Translations under genes and position numbers: made by a program
Shown: positions 14,785-24,738 of the stretch, in pieces
How positions within the stretch are numbered: position 1 is the first letter of the stretch
Layout of the letters: each line of letters starts with the position of its first letter
The notes under the pieces: generated by a model
Seen by the model: only the letters and a program-made list of their open reading frames with translations
Database searches by the model: none
What the model was told of the DNA's origin: nothing
Source of the DNA: Obrimoposthia wandeli
Lineage: Eukaryota
Direction: 5' to 3'
NCBI GenBank assembly: GCA_977020255.1
Contig: CDROCS010001741.1
Location: 62,001 to 126,000 of the forward strand
DNA length: 64,000 nucleotides

Positions 14785-15128
14785 TAATCCAAATTTCACA
14801 ATCCCCATATCATAACTTAACCACTAGAAAATATATTTACACATAGCGGTGTAAACTTCAAATATCTGAGTGCAGGAAAAATTTCAGGTTCAAACATGTA
14901 TTCTTTCATTTTCTCCACAATTTTATAAAGATTTATTGGCTTCCCGAGATTACCTGAATCTGTGATTGATTGTATGGCGCAGATTTTAATTCCAAATGGT
15001 AAATTGATCTCATTCATCGGTAGTTTGCATCCCTTAACACGACAACTTCCTGAAATATTCAATATGAAAATAAAATGAAAACTAACTTGAAAAAAAATGA
15101 CAACTGTGAAATCATCAAACATTTGCAC
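14785..15128 (-). pseudogene. TATA-binding protein (TBP)-like gene carried in the Polinton cassette
   Basis: IQSITDSGNLGKPINL..FEPEIFPALRY..VNIFSSG*VMI aligns by eye with TBP repeat 2 (IQNMVGSCDVKFPIRL..YEPELFPGLIY..LIFVSGKVVLTG). ISGSCRVKGCK resembles the end of repeat 1. A premature TAA replaces the conserved Lys codon after SG. No introns. Confidence 0.75.
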
Positions 15129-15134
15129 ATATTG

Positions 15135-15713
15135 TCATGGCTTCCAATCATAGAGGCTAGAGTGGGTATCCTTTTGTATTTCCTTATTGAAATACCACGA
15201 GACTATTCGAACGAGTCCAGCTTGTTCTCTACGATTCATCTTTAATCGAATAGTCTGTGTTGCTCCTAGATCCACCGTGCACGAAAAATCGTTTTTCTGC
15301 AGTCCTAAAACCTTGAGGTCGTTGGTTATTCCCGTTCCTACGAAAATGTTGTCTCTTAGCAAGGACTGAACGCGTTGTAACACTTCGACAGAAACAGGTT
15401 GGTTTCTTAACTTACGTTCGTTGAGGCCCGTTATTCTTGTCACATAATTCCTGATTCTGTCTCTGCTATTGCATTTTGTATCCAACACGATTTGTCCGCT
15501 TTTGTTCATTATAGTAATGTTGGCAAGGGTGGGTTGTTTATTCATTTTTACTACCATTTTACAATCGACAAAAATTATTTGAGGATTGTTGGGGCAAATA
15601 TTCAAATGGCAGACTTGAACGGGACTAGGTCGCACATTTTGTTCTATGAATAATATGTTATGTCTACCTGATAAACGAATCATCAAATCGGGAGTTATTT
15701 GATGTCTCATCAA
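15135..15713 (-). CDS. DEDDh 3'-5' exonuclease of the REX4/ISG20 type; the catalytic Glu appears substituted
   Basis: FVDCKMV (cf. DCEMV), LANITIMNKSGQIVLD, YVTRITGL, IFVGTGITNDLKVLGL, IQKDTHSSLYDW (cf. IQxxxHSSxEDA). Open 192-aa ORF. Confidence 0.85.
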   Translation of the reverse strand: MMRHQITPDLMIRLSGRHNILFIEQNVRPSPVQVCHLNICPNNPQIIFVDCKMVVKMNKQPTLANITIMNKSGQIVLDTKCNSRDRIRNYVTRITGLNERKLRNQPVSVEVLQRVQSLLRDNIFVGTGITNDLKVLGLQKNDFSCTVDLGATQTIRLKMNRREQAGLVRIVSWYFNKEIQKDTHSSLYDWKP

Positions 15714-16126
15714 CCGGTAAGAGTGGTTTTGTAGGAAAAGAACGGAGAAATGCTTGCTTTTTTGTGTTTTAAAAATCCACGGCCTTTTGCTACGTGAATC
15801 TCAATGTCAGTGCATGTAGGCAAGAATTTCATCAACTCAAACAGTCTTTGTTCTGTTGGCTTTTTGCAATTTTTGTTGAGAATTATGCTCTGTCTAGGGT
15901 TGTCTCTTAATTTGATGTTATTTAGAAGCTGGGTCTGATTTTCAAAAATCTTTATTCCGTAATGGTTATGGAAATACCTTGTTCCAAACTGCTTTATTTT
16001 TCCATAAAGGAACTTAGTCATTTTTGCCATTTCTGGACGTTGTTCTGTTAACTGGACTGACTTCTCTCTCTTACTCTGCGGCACAACCTGCCAGTTCAAA
16101 TGAGGATTTGTACTTGTGGGTTCCAT
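15710..16126 (-). CDS. Hypothetical basic protein of the Polinton cassette
   Basis: Open frame (likely start MEPTSTN at 16126). Its TGA overlaps the ATG of the exonuclease gene. No family recognised. Confidence 0.5.
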   Translation of the reverse strand: MEPTSTNPHLNWQVVPQSKREKSVQLTEQRPEMAKMTKFLYGKIKQFGTRYFHNHYGIKIFENQTQLLNNIKLRDNPRQSIILNKNCKKPTEQRLFELMKFLPTCTDIEIHVAKGRGFLKHKKASISPFFSYKTTLTG

Positions 16127-16550
16127 CTGTAGGGTATACAGATATAGTAAAAAAATGTTGATTTTACACGCAAATATAAAAATTGTCAAATATTTATAAA
16201 TTGAAATGTTCGTGTCAGTTTATTTGTCTCTTTTTGTTTATCAAAAGTCTGTAAATCATTTTAGTTTTTTGATGTAACAAGCTCAATCAAACAGGTATAT
16301 AAATAAGATATATTTTTTCATTCTTTACTACATATTCTTGTTACTTCTATTATCAATATCAATATATACATATCTATATAAATATTTTCGTTTTTATTTA
16401 TTCTTAATATTTAGTATGACACTTTAATTAAAGTTAATGAATATTAATACCCATTTATAAACATATTTCTCTTCCAAGTCATGCCATAAGCTCAAACTCA
16501 TTCTCAATTTTCTTTTAATTCATATTCCAATCTACTCACTGGGGATTTTA

Positions 16551-16904
16551 CTAATTTTCACACCCGGAATTATTACTTTCTCCCTGTTGAAATCCCATTA
16601 AACGATTAATTACTGATCTCAATGATACAAGAGAGTTTAACGCTTCTTTGAGTCGTCGTACTAATAATTCCTGGTTTGTTTGGCTATGTTCTAATATCTC
16701 AATTGCAACGTCAAAAGCATTATTCATTCGCTCACATTTCATTTCCTTGTCTTTTAAATGCGATCTCAGATTTATATTTTCTATCAATAATTTATTTTCC
16801 CATTTCTTCTGTCTCTTATATCTTCTTCTATTATTTTGTACTATTTTTGAATTTCTCATTTCTAAAATGTTAATAAGTTTTAAGTTCATTTTTACTATTT
16901 TCAA
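16551..16904 (-). CDS. Hypothetical coiled-coil protein
   Basis: 117-aa ORF with a basic cluster (RRRYKRQKK) and heptad-like Leu/Ile spacing; co-oriented upstream of the cassette. Confidence 0.35.
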   Translation of the reverse strand: MKIVKMNLKLINILEMRNSKIVQNNRRRYKRQKKWENKLLIENINLRSHLKDKEMKCERMNNAFDVAIEILEHSQTNQELLVRRLKEALNSLVSLRSVINRLMGFQQGESNNSGCEN

Positions 16905-17049
16905 TTTAAACTAAACACATACGCACTTTCCTTCATCTACATTATAATTACTTTATTTTATGATTAGTTTTTATTTTAGTATGTCAATTCATGTATTTTC
17001 TTGTATGACAATTTTATAAAGATTTTTCTCTTTACTTTTTATTATTCTC

Positions 17050-18240
17050 AATTATTGTATTTATTGATATGTTAGATGAGTTTGAAGAGCTAGGTATGAT
17101 AGATGTTATAAATGGGCCAGGAGGTTCACAATATTTAGTCCGATAATGTTTTTTGAAAATTGTGTTATTTTTTACTTTAATGACTTTCCATGTTATTTTT
17201 ATTATTTATGTAAAGATTTCAATTATTATGATTGTTACAAAAATTTCCTTGTTATTTATATTTTTTTAGTATTTTTGTTTACAAAAGTGTATTTTTAGAC
17301 TTTCATTAAATGATTTATAGGGTATTGTTTCTGTTGTTTTTAATTTTTTGTTAATTTTTGTAATTTCTGTAATATTAATTTGATTTGTAATTTCATAAGT
17401 CTTTGTTGTGAAGGTTGTAGCATGTGGTATTTGTTTTATGGTTGTTTCTTTGATATATTTCCTAATTGTAATTACTGACCAATGGCCACAAAAATCGTAG
17501 GTTGATATAATTTGGATATTTTATTTCCTAAAATCCTTTAGTTTGTTAGATTTCTACAAGTCTCAAATTGTTGTCCCCATTGTCTATACATTATTGGTTT
17601 GTTAGTAATTACACATTCTCTATTATCCATAATTAATTTTTCTGGATATCTTATATTTTTTATAGTTATATTTGTTTTGATTTGTTATTTTTCTAATTGT
17701 TTTTCTGCGTCTTTCCAAAAATGAGCATTATGTCCTCTATATCTAATTCTAATGAAGGCTTTATCTAAGTTATCTATTTTAAGTTGAAATTCTCAATTTA
17801 TCATGATTTGATGTTTTGTTATATAATTTGCTGTCGTCTTTAATATTGAAGCTAAGTATAAATGAGTTTCTATCATTCTTTCATAGAGTGTTATATTCTT
17901 TAAATTCGACTTAACTCTTATTTTGTATTGTGTTTCTGTTCTTAAAAATGGTATTATATAATTTTTTTGAATTAATTTTGTAAATATTTATGATTTGATT
18001 TTTTTCAGATTGGATTATCTGAATTCTTCCTAATTTTCTTGTAAAGAGTGATATTTTAAACTTTATTGATGTGATTTCAGGTATTATTGTAATTAGTCCA
18101 AAATCTTTTATGAGATGTGTTGATGAGTCCTATTTATTTGTTTTGTGTTTTACTATAAATTGATTTTCATTCAGGTTTATTGCGTTTACTTTCATTAGGT
18201 TACTTTTTATTGTAAAATATATTACCAATAACATCATTAT
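17050..18240 (-). pseudogene. Degraded extra ORF downstream of integrase (env position); possible secreted or membrane protein
   Basis: Hand translation: hydrophobic start IMMLLVIYFTIKSNLMKVNA, Cys/Trp-containing segments (RECVITNKPIMYRQWGQQFETC, YDFCGHWSVI), a Thr-rich part and NxT/S sequons. Many stops. Confidence 0.4.
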
Positions 18241-19488
18241 TTTACATTTTTTTTTATTGACATTTTTATTGTATTTCTAGTTTGATGACTCAAAATAGTC
18301 TTGTTTTGTTTTTGTGAGTTTTTTATAGTTAACATTTGTAGAACAGTATTATTGCTAGTTGATCTTAAGTTATATTTGTGACTTTTTACTTTTGTATTTT
18401 CCTCAGGTATTTCTCGACATCTGTTTATATGTGTTCTTATTTCTTTTGATTTTGGTTCATAGTCGAGTTTAGCTGTTATGTTAGTTCCGTTGGTACTAAT
18501 GACTGTATATGGTCCTCTGTATGGTTTTGATAATTTGTGTGACAATCCTACATTAATTTGTGGATTGTAAATCATTACTTTACTTTCGCTTTTTATATTT
18601 GATGGCTTAGTTCTCTATCATAATATTCTTTGTAATTTTCTTGTATGTTTTTTACAAATAATTTAGCTTTTTCGAATGCTAGTTTTATTCTTTCTTTAAT
18701 TTCTATTTTATATTCAGGTATTTCTAGGTACTGTGTAGTAGGTTGTAGTAATGTTAGGTCAATAGGCATTTGAGGATCTCTAAGGAACATAAGGTAAAAA
18801 GATGTTTCTCCTGTAGATGCATGTACTGATGTTCTATATGCAAAAAGGCATGGAGGTATATGTAAATCCCAATCTGTTTGGTTGTTGTTTGTGTATGATG
18901 CCATTATATCTTCGAGGGTTCTATTAAATCGTTCTACTAATCTGTCGGTTTGAGGGTGATATGGTGTCGTATTGATCTTTTTTATGTGAAAAATTTCAGC
19001 TATTGACGCTAATACATTATTTATAAATTCAGGACCTTTGTTGGTTAATAATTTTTGGGGTGCACCGAAAGTAAAAATAATTTTTTCGACTAAAACCTTC
19101 GTATTGGTTTCAGCCTTATGACCATGTGTTGGAAAAGCCTTTGGCCATCTTGTAAAATAATCAGAAAATACTAATATATATATCGATTTCCTCGGGGTGT
19201 TTCAGGTAATGGTCCCATTACATCCATGGCAACAGTTTCCATGGGGGCTGATGGATAAGGTATTGGTTTTAAAGGTATTTTTGTGGTACGTAAAGTATTT
19301 TTCCGTTTAAGACATATTTCACATGTATTGCACCAATTTTTTACATCTTCTTTCATATCAATCCAATAATATTTTAAGTTTAATCTCGAATGTGTTTTTT
19401 TAGTTGAAAGATGTCCTCCTAAAGCTCCGTTATGATATTGAAGGAGTAATTGACATTGTATTTCTTTAGGAATAACTAGTGAGTACAT
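18237..19488 (-). pseudogene. pol: Gypsy integrase (HHCC, DDE core, GPY)
   Basis: YHNGALGGHL..YYWIDM..CNTCEIC; VAMDVMGPLPET; TTPYHPQTD.LVERFNRTL (hand-read between the track ORFs); WDLHIP..FAYRTSVHASTG; KLSKPYRGPY. Confidence 0.95.
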
Positions 19489-19530
19489 ATTTTTATCGTT
19501 TAAATAATGTAAAATTTTGTTACTGAATTT

Positions 19531-20960
19531 CTAACGAGATTCATGAAATTTCAAATGTTTTCTTAATTTTTCATCTGTTGGAACTTGATTGATAGTTATG
19601 TACTTAATTATTTGTTGTATTTCAGTATCTTTGCTTTGAAGATCGGTGATTACTTTTTCATCATATTTTGCTTTAATTATTGTGAAAAGATTTAATTCAG
19701 TATCATCTAAAGTCATTGTGTTTATGTCTTCTTTTATTCGAGATAGACAATCTGCGTTAGTGTTTGATTTACCTTTTCTATATTTTATCTCAATATCATA
19801 TTTTTGAAGAATTAACACCCATCTCATTAATCTAGATGTTGTATCTTTATGATTTAGTAGCCACTGTAAGGGTCTTTGATCGGTATAAACGTAAACCTTT
19901 CGGCCTAATAAGTAATGTTTAAAATGTTCTATAGAAAAACAAATAGCTAGGCATTCTCTTTCTATAGTTGAATAATTTATTTCGTGTTTTTTAAGACCTC
20001 TGTTTGCGTAAGCTATCAGATGATCTTTTTCGTTATTATCTTGTTGTCCTAGTACTGCTCCTAACGCGTATACACTTGCGTCAGTCATTACCAAAAATGA
20101 ATTGTTAAAATTAGGATATCTAAGTATAGGTTTTTCAATTAATTTTTGTTTTAAGTATTCGTATGACTCTTGTTGTTCTGTTTCCCATTCAAATTTTTCA
20201 TCCTTTTTAATAAGTTTATTTAACGGTGTCACTATTTGTGCAAAGTTTCTGATAAATCTACAATAATATCCTGCGAGTCTCAGAAATTCTTGTATATTTT
20301 TACTGTTTTTGGGATCGGAAATTTTTAATTTTTTTCTATATTACTCTCGTATGTTTGAATTACTTTTGCAGACACTGCGTGACCTAGATAATTTACCTTG
20401 TCTTTCATCCATTCACACGTTTTAGGCTTTAATTTTAAACCTGCTATTTTTAATCTACGGAATACGTTTTCTAAGTCTTTTAAATGTTCCTCAAATTTTT
20501 TTGAAAAAATACCATGACGTGATCGGCATCCATTAAAATGTGACTCATGCATATCTGAAATGTTGTGGGAGCACATGTTAAGCCAAAATGTAATACATTA
20601 AATTCATATAATCCTTCTCCTGTTGAGAATGCTGTTTTCTCTTTATCAGATTCTTTTATCTCTATTTGCCAATATCTACTCTGTATATCTATTGTTGTAA
20701 ATATTTTTGCATTTTTTAGTTTATCTAAGATTTCATCGATTCTTGGAAGTGGATAAGTGTCTTTATGTGTAACCTCGTTTAATTTTCTGTAATTCACACA
20801 AAATTTTAATGAATCATCTTTCTTTTTTACTAAAACAACCTACGGAATACGATAAAGTCGTTGTTTAATCGTTCTGCTAGCAGTTAGAGGAAGGTTATGT
20901 TTTATTAAATCCGTTCGTCCAAGGTCATATTCATTTTTAGCAAAAATTACATCGTATTTT
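19531..20960 (-). pseudogene. pol: Gypsy reverse transcriptase and RNase H; the YxDD motif is deleted
   Basis: YRKLNEVTHKDTYPLPRIDE, YWQI..DKEKTAFST..GLYEFNVLHFGL, YLGH. RNase H: TDASVYALGAVL..NYSTIERECLA..YTDQRPL..RWVLILQ..ADCLSR. The sequence jumps from VMV to FSKKFEEH near 20510. Confidence 0.95.
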
Positions 20961-21330
20961 TCTATCAATGATTTAAGTTTTGATTTTTCATAATCATTTA
21001 GTTTAATGTTTTCAAAATTTATTGTCGAATTGTCTTCTATTTTTCGTTACTAATTAACTCAATATTCTCGATAATACTTATTTTTTCAAGGTGTACTCCT
21101 TCCTTAAGATGAATTTTGTTTATGTCTGCATTTAATATTCTGATAGGTATTGTATTATTTTTTATTTTGCAAATTATATTTGGTAGAACATAGTTTAGTG
21201 TTTTTTATTGATATTTATAAGGTTCGAATAATATATATTTTTCTGTGATTAAGTTAGTTTCTAATTGTAATATTGTTTCCGTTCGTGGTTGAAGTATAAC
21301 ATCTCCTTTTATTTCTAACTCAAATTCGCT

Positions 21331-21685
21331 TTAAGTGTTTGATCTGTAAATATCTCTAATTTGATTTTTCTCAAAGTCAAAATGAAAATTGCTTCCTATT
21401 TTCCTTAATGTATCTATACCAATAATCATCTGGCAATGACAATTTTTCATAATTCTGGGTGGTATTTTAATAAATTTATCTCCTATTTTAAAAATGCAAT
21501 CTAATTTACCAATAATATTTATGGGTTGACCGTTTGCTGCTGTTACTTGACTATTATCTCTGAGAAGTAGTAATCTTTGGTCTGGTTTTAAGAAAGACTC
21601 GTCCAAGACTGTAACGCTTGATTCTGTGTCAATTAAAGCTTTTAATTTGTACTCATTTATTTCAACTTTTACATAAGGTCTTCTA
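21331..21685 (-). pseudogene. pol: Gypsy aspartic protease (DTG>DTE), in the same open ORF as the env transmembrane region
   Basis: RPYVKVEINEYKLKALIDTESSVTVL..VTAANGQPINIIG..MIIGIDTL within ORF 21331..22074. Confidence 0.92.
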
Positions 21686-21879
21686 TCATTATCTCTTTGA
21701 TTTATTGTATATATTGTTGGTGCAGTTGATTTTTGAATTATTTTTTCCTCTTTATAATTTGCTAAATCGGGATATTGTGCAGATTCTGTATTATCTTTAT
21801 TTTTATTGTCTACTAGTTTTTGTAAATTTATTTCTCGCATTTCCTTCGATAATGCATTTACTGTATTTTGATGATGGTT

Positions 21880-23216
21880 AAATATAAGAAATTTTGTCAA
21901 AAATGGAAAACATCCCAAAATTAGTTTCCATGTCAATCCACCAACTTTATAAATATAATATGTAGATAAAATTTGACTCAAAAGAATCTTAAAGCATATT
22001 AGTAGCGTGTATATTCCTACAAGTCCAGAAAATGCTTGACCGAAAATTAAAACTTTTCCCCATATTTTTGACATTGTATTTTTAGTAACTTTTATAAAAT
22101 GATTTGGAGAAACTAATAAATCGTAATCAGGACTGCTAATTCCGTCTGGTACTGATTTTTCAATAATTTGCGTTAAAATTCGTGATCTAATTTGAGGAAA
22201 TAAAATGAATTTTATTAATTTATCTATGTCTTCTTGTATGTGTGGTTGTTGTTTTTTTTGTTGGTGTGGTTTTTGCGTTATATATTTTTTCCTTACTTAA
22301 ATATATTCCTTTATAGTTTTTTGTATAAATAGAGTGTTCACATCGGGATTCCTCTTTCTTTTTAATAAATCGCATTCCAGAACCTTGTTTAGTTGACATA
22401 AAAATAGTTGGAGTTGATGTTTTTTGAATTTTTCTTGTCCTATATTTTTGATGTATATCTTTTGGAACTCTTTGATCAAGTTCTGGGTCATCTTTAAATC
22501 TTTGACCTTGAATTATTTGAAAACTTTCAGATTTAAGGAGTATTAATTTGCATTGCTCTGTTTTTACCTTATAATATAAAATTGAGGATCCTGTATTGCA
22601 ATGAACTATATTTGCTTCGCATAGTTACCATATTATTTGTAGAGGGATCAAATGTTGCTTTAAACGTCCATAGTTCTACTTCAAAGTTTTTTATCACTAC
22701 TAAGCCACTTTGTTTGACTCCCATCACGATGTATGTACCTGTTGTACATGCACCGTCAGATTTTATTGTTCCTATTACTGTAATTATTTGTTGTATTATT
22801 TTATTTTTTACTGCTCGTACTTTAATTTCTCTATCTATTCTTAGTTCTCCCGTTGCAAAAGCATCCTTAAAATTTAGTGCATCAACAATTACTGGTATTT
22901 TTCCCAATGCAGGTTTGACAATCGAGTTATGGCTGTGTTGTCCGCAATATGTTATGAATGTTTCTACATGTACCCTACACTCGAAAACTTCGGTGTTTAT
23001 AAAATCTGTTTCCTGATATACGTGGAATAACTTAGTGGTTTTAACTTTTACTTTATTTGGGTCTGCGTGGGCGCATTGTTGTAGATCCATTAAGGAGTAT
23101 TTATTTTGGATACTATATTTTGAGCAATCATATGTTTCAAGAGCATTTATAGGTTTTAATATATTCATAATTATACATATTGTAAATATTAATTGAATTA
23201 ATTTCCATAGTTTTTG
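21880..23216 (-). pseudogene. env: Envelope glycoprotein resembling chuvirus/Jingchuvirales class III (gB-like) fusion protein; internally deleted
   Basis: Signal-like segment then LETYDC..YSL..C..VYQ..VFECRV..TYCGQHSH.S.V..TGEL..GACTTG (ORF 22569..23168). Middle frame ..IFMSTK..RCEHSIYTKNYKGIYLS. Then QEDIDKLIKFILFP and KIWGKVLIFGQAFSGLVGIYTLLICFKILL..GLTWKLIL. The motif order matches my recollection of chuvirus-type glycoproteins. Confidence 0.8.
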
Positions 23217-24671
23217 TTAGAACAGTATGTCTTTTTTATAGTTTTTATTTTTCGATTTTTTGGTGACTCGCTTTCTATTTTTAATTTTTGACTCTGTGTT
23301 TTGTGTTTGAGTATTTTGGTTAATTTTTATATTTGTGTGTTTTAATGTCAGGCAACCATTTCTAAACATGTCTCCAAATTCTGATTGTGCGTTTGAACTA
23401 TTTGTATTTTGTTCATTATTTTGATATTGTTGTTGTGTTTGTTTGTAACGTTTATCTATTTCTTGTTGTCTTAATCTCAATAATGAGACTTCTTCAGTTT
23501 TCTGGGTTATATCAGTGTTTTCTATAGTATGTATTGGTTTCTGTAAGCATATTGTTGATTTTGATTGTTAAATTGCACTGATTTTTGGATTTGTGGTTGT
23601 TGTTGTTTTATTGAGGTGTTACCAAATTGTTTCATTACTGTTTTTAGTTTACCACATTCGTCAGTGTTGTGGTTTTTCATATTACATATTTTACAAAATT
23701 TTGTATTAGCATTAAAATATTTAGCTTGATTATTCTGATTATTGAAATTGTTATATAGACTTCTGAAATTATTATTTGGATTATTGAAATTATAATTTTG
23801 TGGTCTTACATTATTATTTTGTCTATATAACAATTTTCGACAAGTTTCAATGTTATGATTATCTTTTTTACAAAATCTACAAAATTTATTGTTTGTTATT
23901 TTTCGGCAATTTTCTATTGTGTGATTTTGCAGTCCACAATTTGTGCATTTCTGGAAAGGTCTTTGTGTAAATTGTGAGTCTGTATAGTTTCTGTTTGTTT
24001 GATTTCTATAAAAGTTATTTGTCAGTGGTCTATATTGTTGTTGGTTATGGTAATTAAATTGTGTGTTTGGGTTAAAGTTTTCGGTATGGTTGTTATTTGG
24101 TGGTGTTGATGGTCGTTGTATTTTTTTCAAAAGTTAGCGCTGAAACTTCTGTTTGTTGCAACATATTTAAGCTGGTTTCTACAAGTTGAGCTTTATTTAT
24201 AGCTTGTTGAAGCTTTTCTACTTCTAGTAGTGCTGGGTGATTTTTGATTTTATCGTTTAGTCCATATAGGAACTGATGTAGTAGTAAGCGTTCTCTTAAA
24301 GCTTCTTCAATTCCGGGAAATGATTTTAAGGCTAATCTTCGTAATTCAACTGCAAAGATATTTGTGGGTTCTCCCATATGTTGCCCACGTTACCTAAATT
24401 GGTTAAAGTAATTTTGTTCTGACTGTGCTCCTAAAATCATATTTTGAAAATTCTGAACCAAATGGTCCCATGTGTCTTTTTGTTCATTAGTTAATCCTTT
24501 ATAAATTGTTAAAGCAGTGCCTTTTAAATATGCTGGAAAAATCCTAAGTTTCTCTGCATTAGTCCACTCAAATGCCTGAGCAAATGAATCAAACCTATTC
24601 ATAAATTCGGGTAGTGAAGATTTAACGCCATTGAAAGCGTTTAATGGAAAATTTAACTTATGTGCAGCCAT
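23217..24671 (-). pseudogene. gag: Gypsy gag (capsid-like domain, Asn/Gln-rich nucleocapsid with three CCHC knuckles, basic tail); frameshifted
   Basis: FNG..PEFMNRFDSFAQAFEWTNAEKLRIFPAYLKGTA..W..L; R.Q..GEP..FAVELRRLA..QFLYGL; CTNCGLQNHTIENC, CRFCKKDNHNIETC and CKICNMKNHNTDEC (Cx2Cx4Hx4C). Confidence 0.9.
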
Positions 24672-24738
24672 TATTTGAGGTTGGTCGATTATTTGTTTGT
24701 TGTTTATCTGTATAATAGGTGGTTCTGGTCATAAGGAA

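Noticed and set aside
14785-15128. Functional host TBP gene
   Set aside because: Far too divergent from the highly conserved eukaryotic TBP, has a premature stop, and is embedded among Polinton genes.
16915-16940. PPT plus start of the Gypsy 3' LTR (GATGAAGGAAAG-TG on the minus strand)
   Set aside because: The downstream sequence has no match to the region upstream of gag.
22582-23016. Plus-strand 144-aa hydrophobic ORF, and similar ORFs 21618..21881, 20565..20756, 15187..15369, 16648..16914, 59674..59943, 59906..60136
   Set aside because: Antisense shadows of recognisable minus-strand genes.
23520-23570. Programmed -1 frameshift at the end of the Zn-knuckle ORF
   Set aside because: No canonical slippery heptamer, and gag has other clearly degenerative frameshifts.
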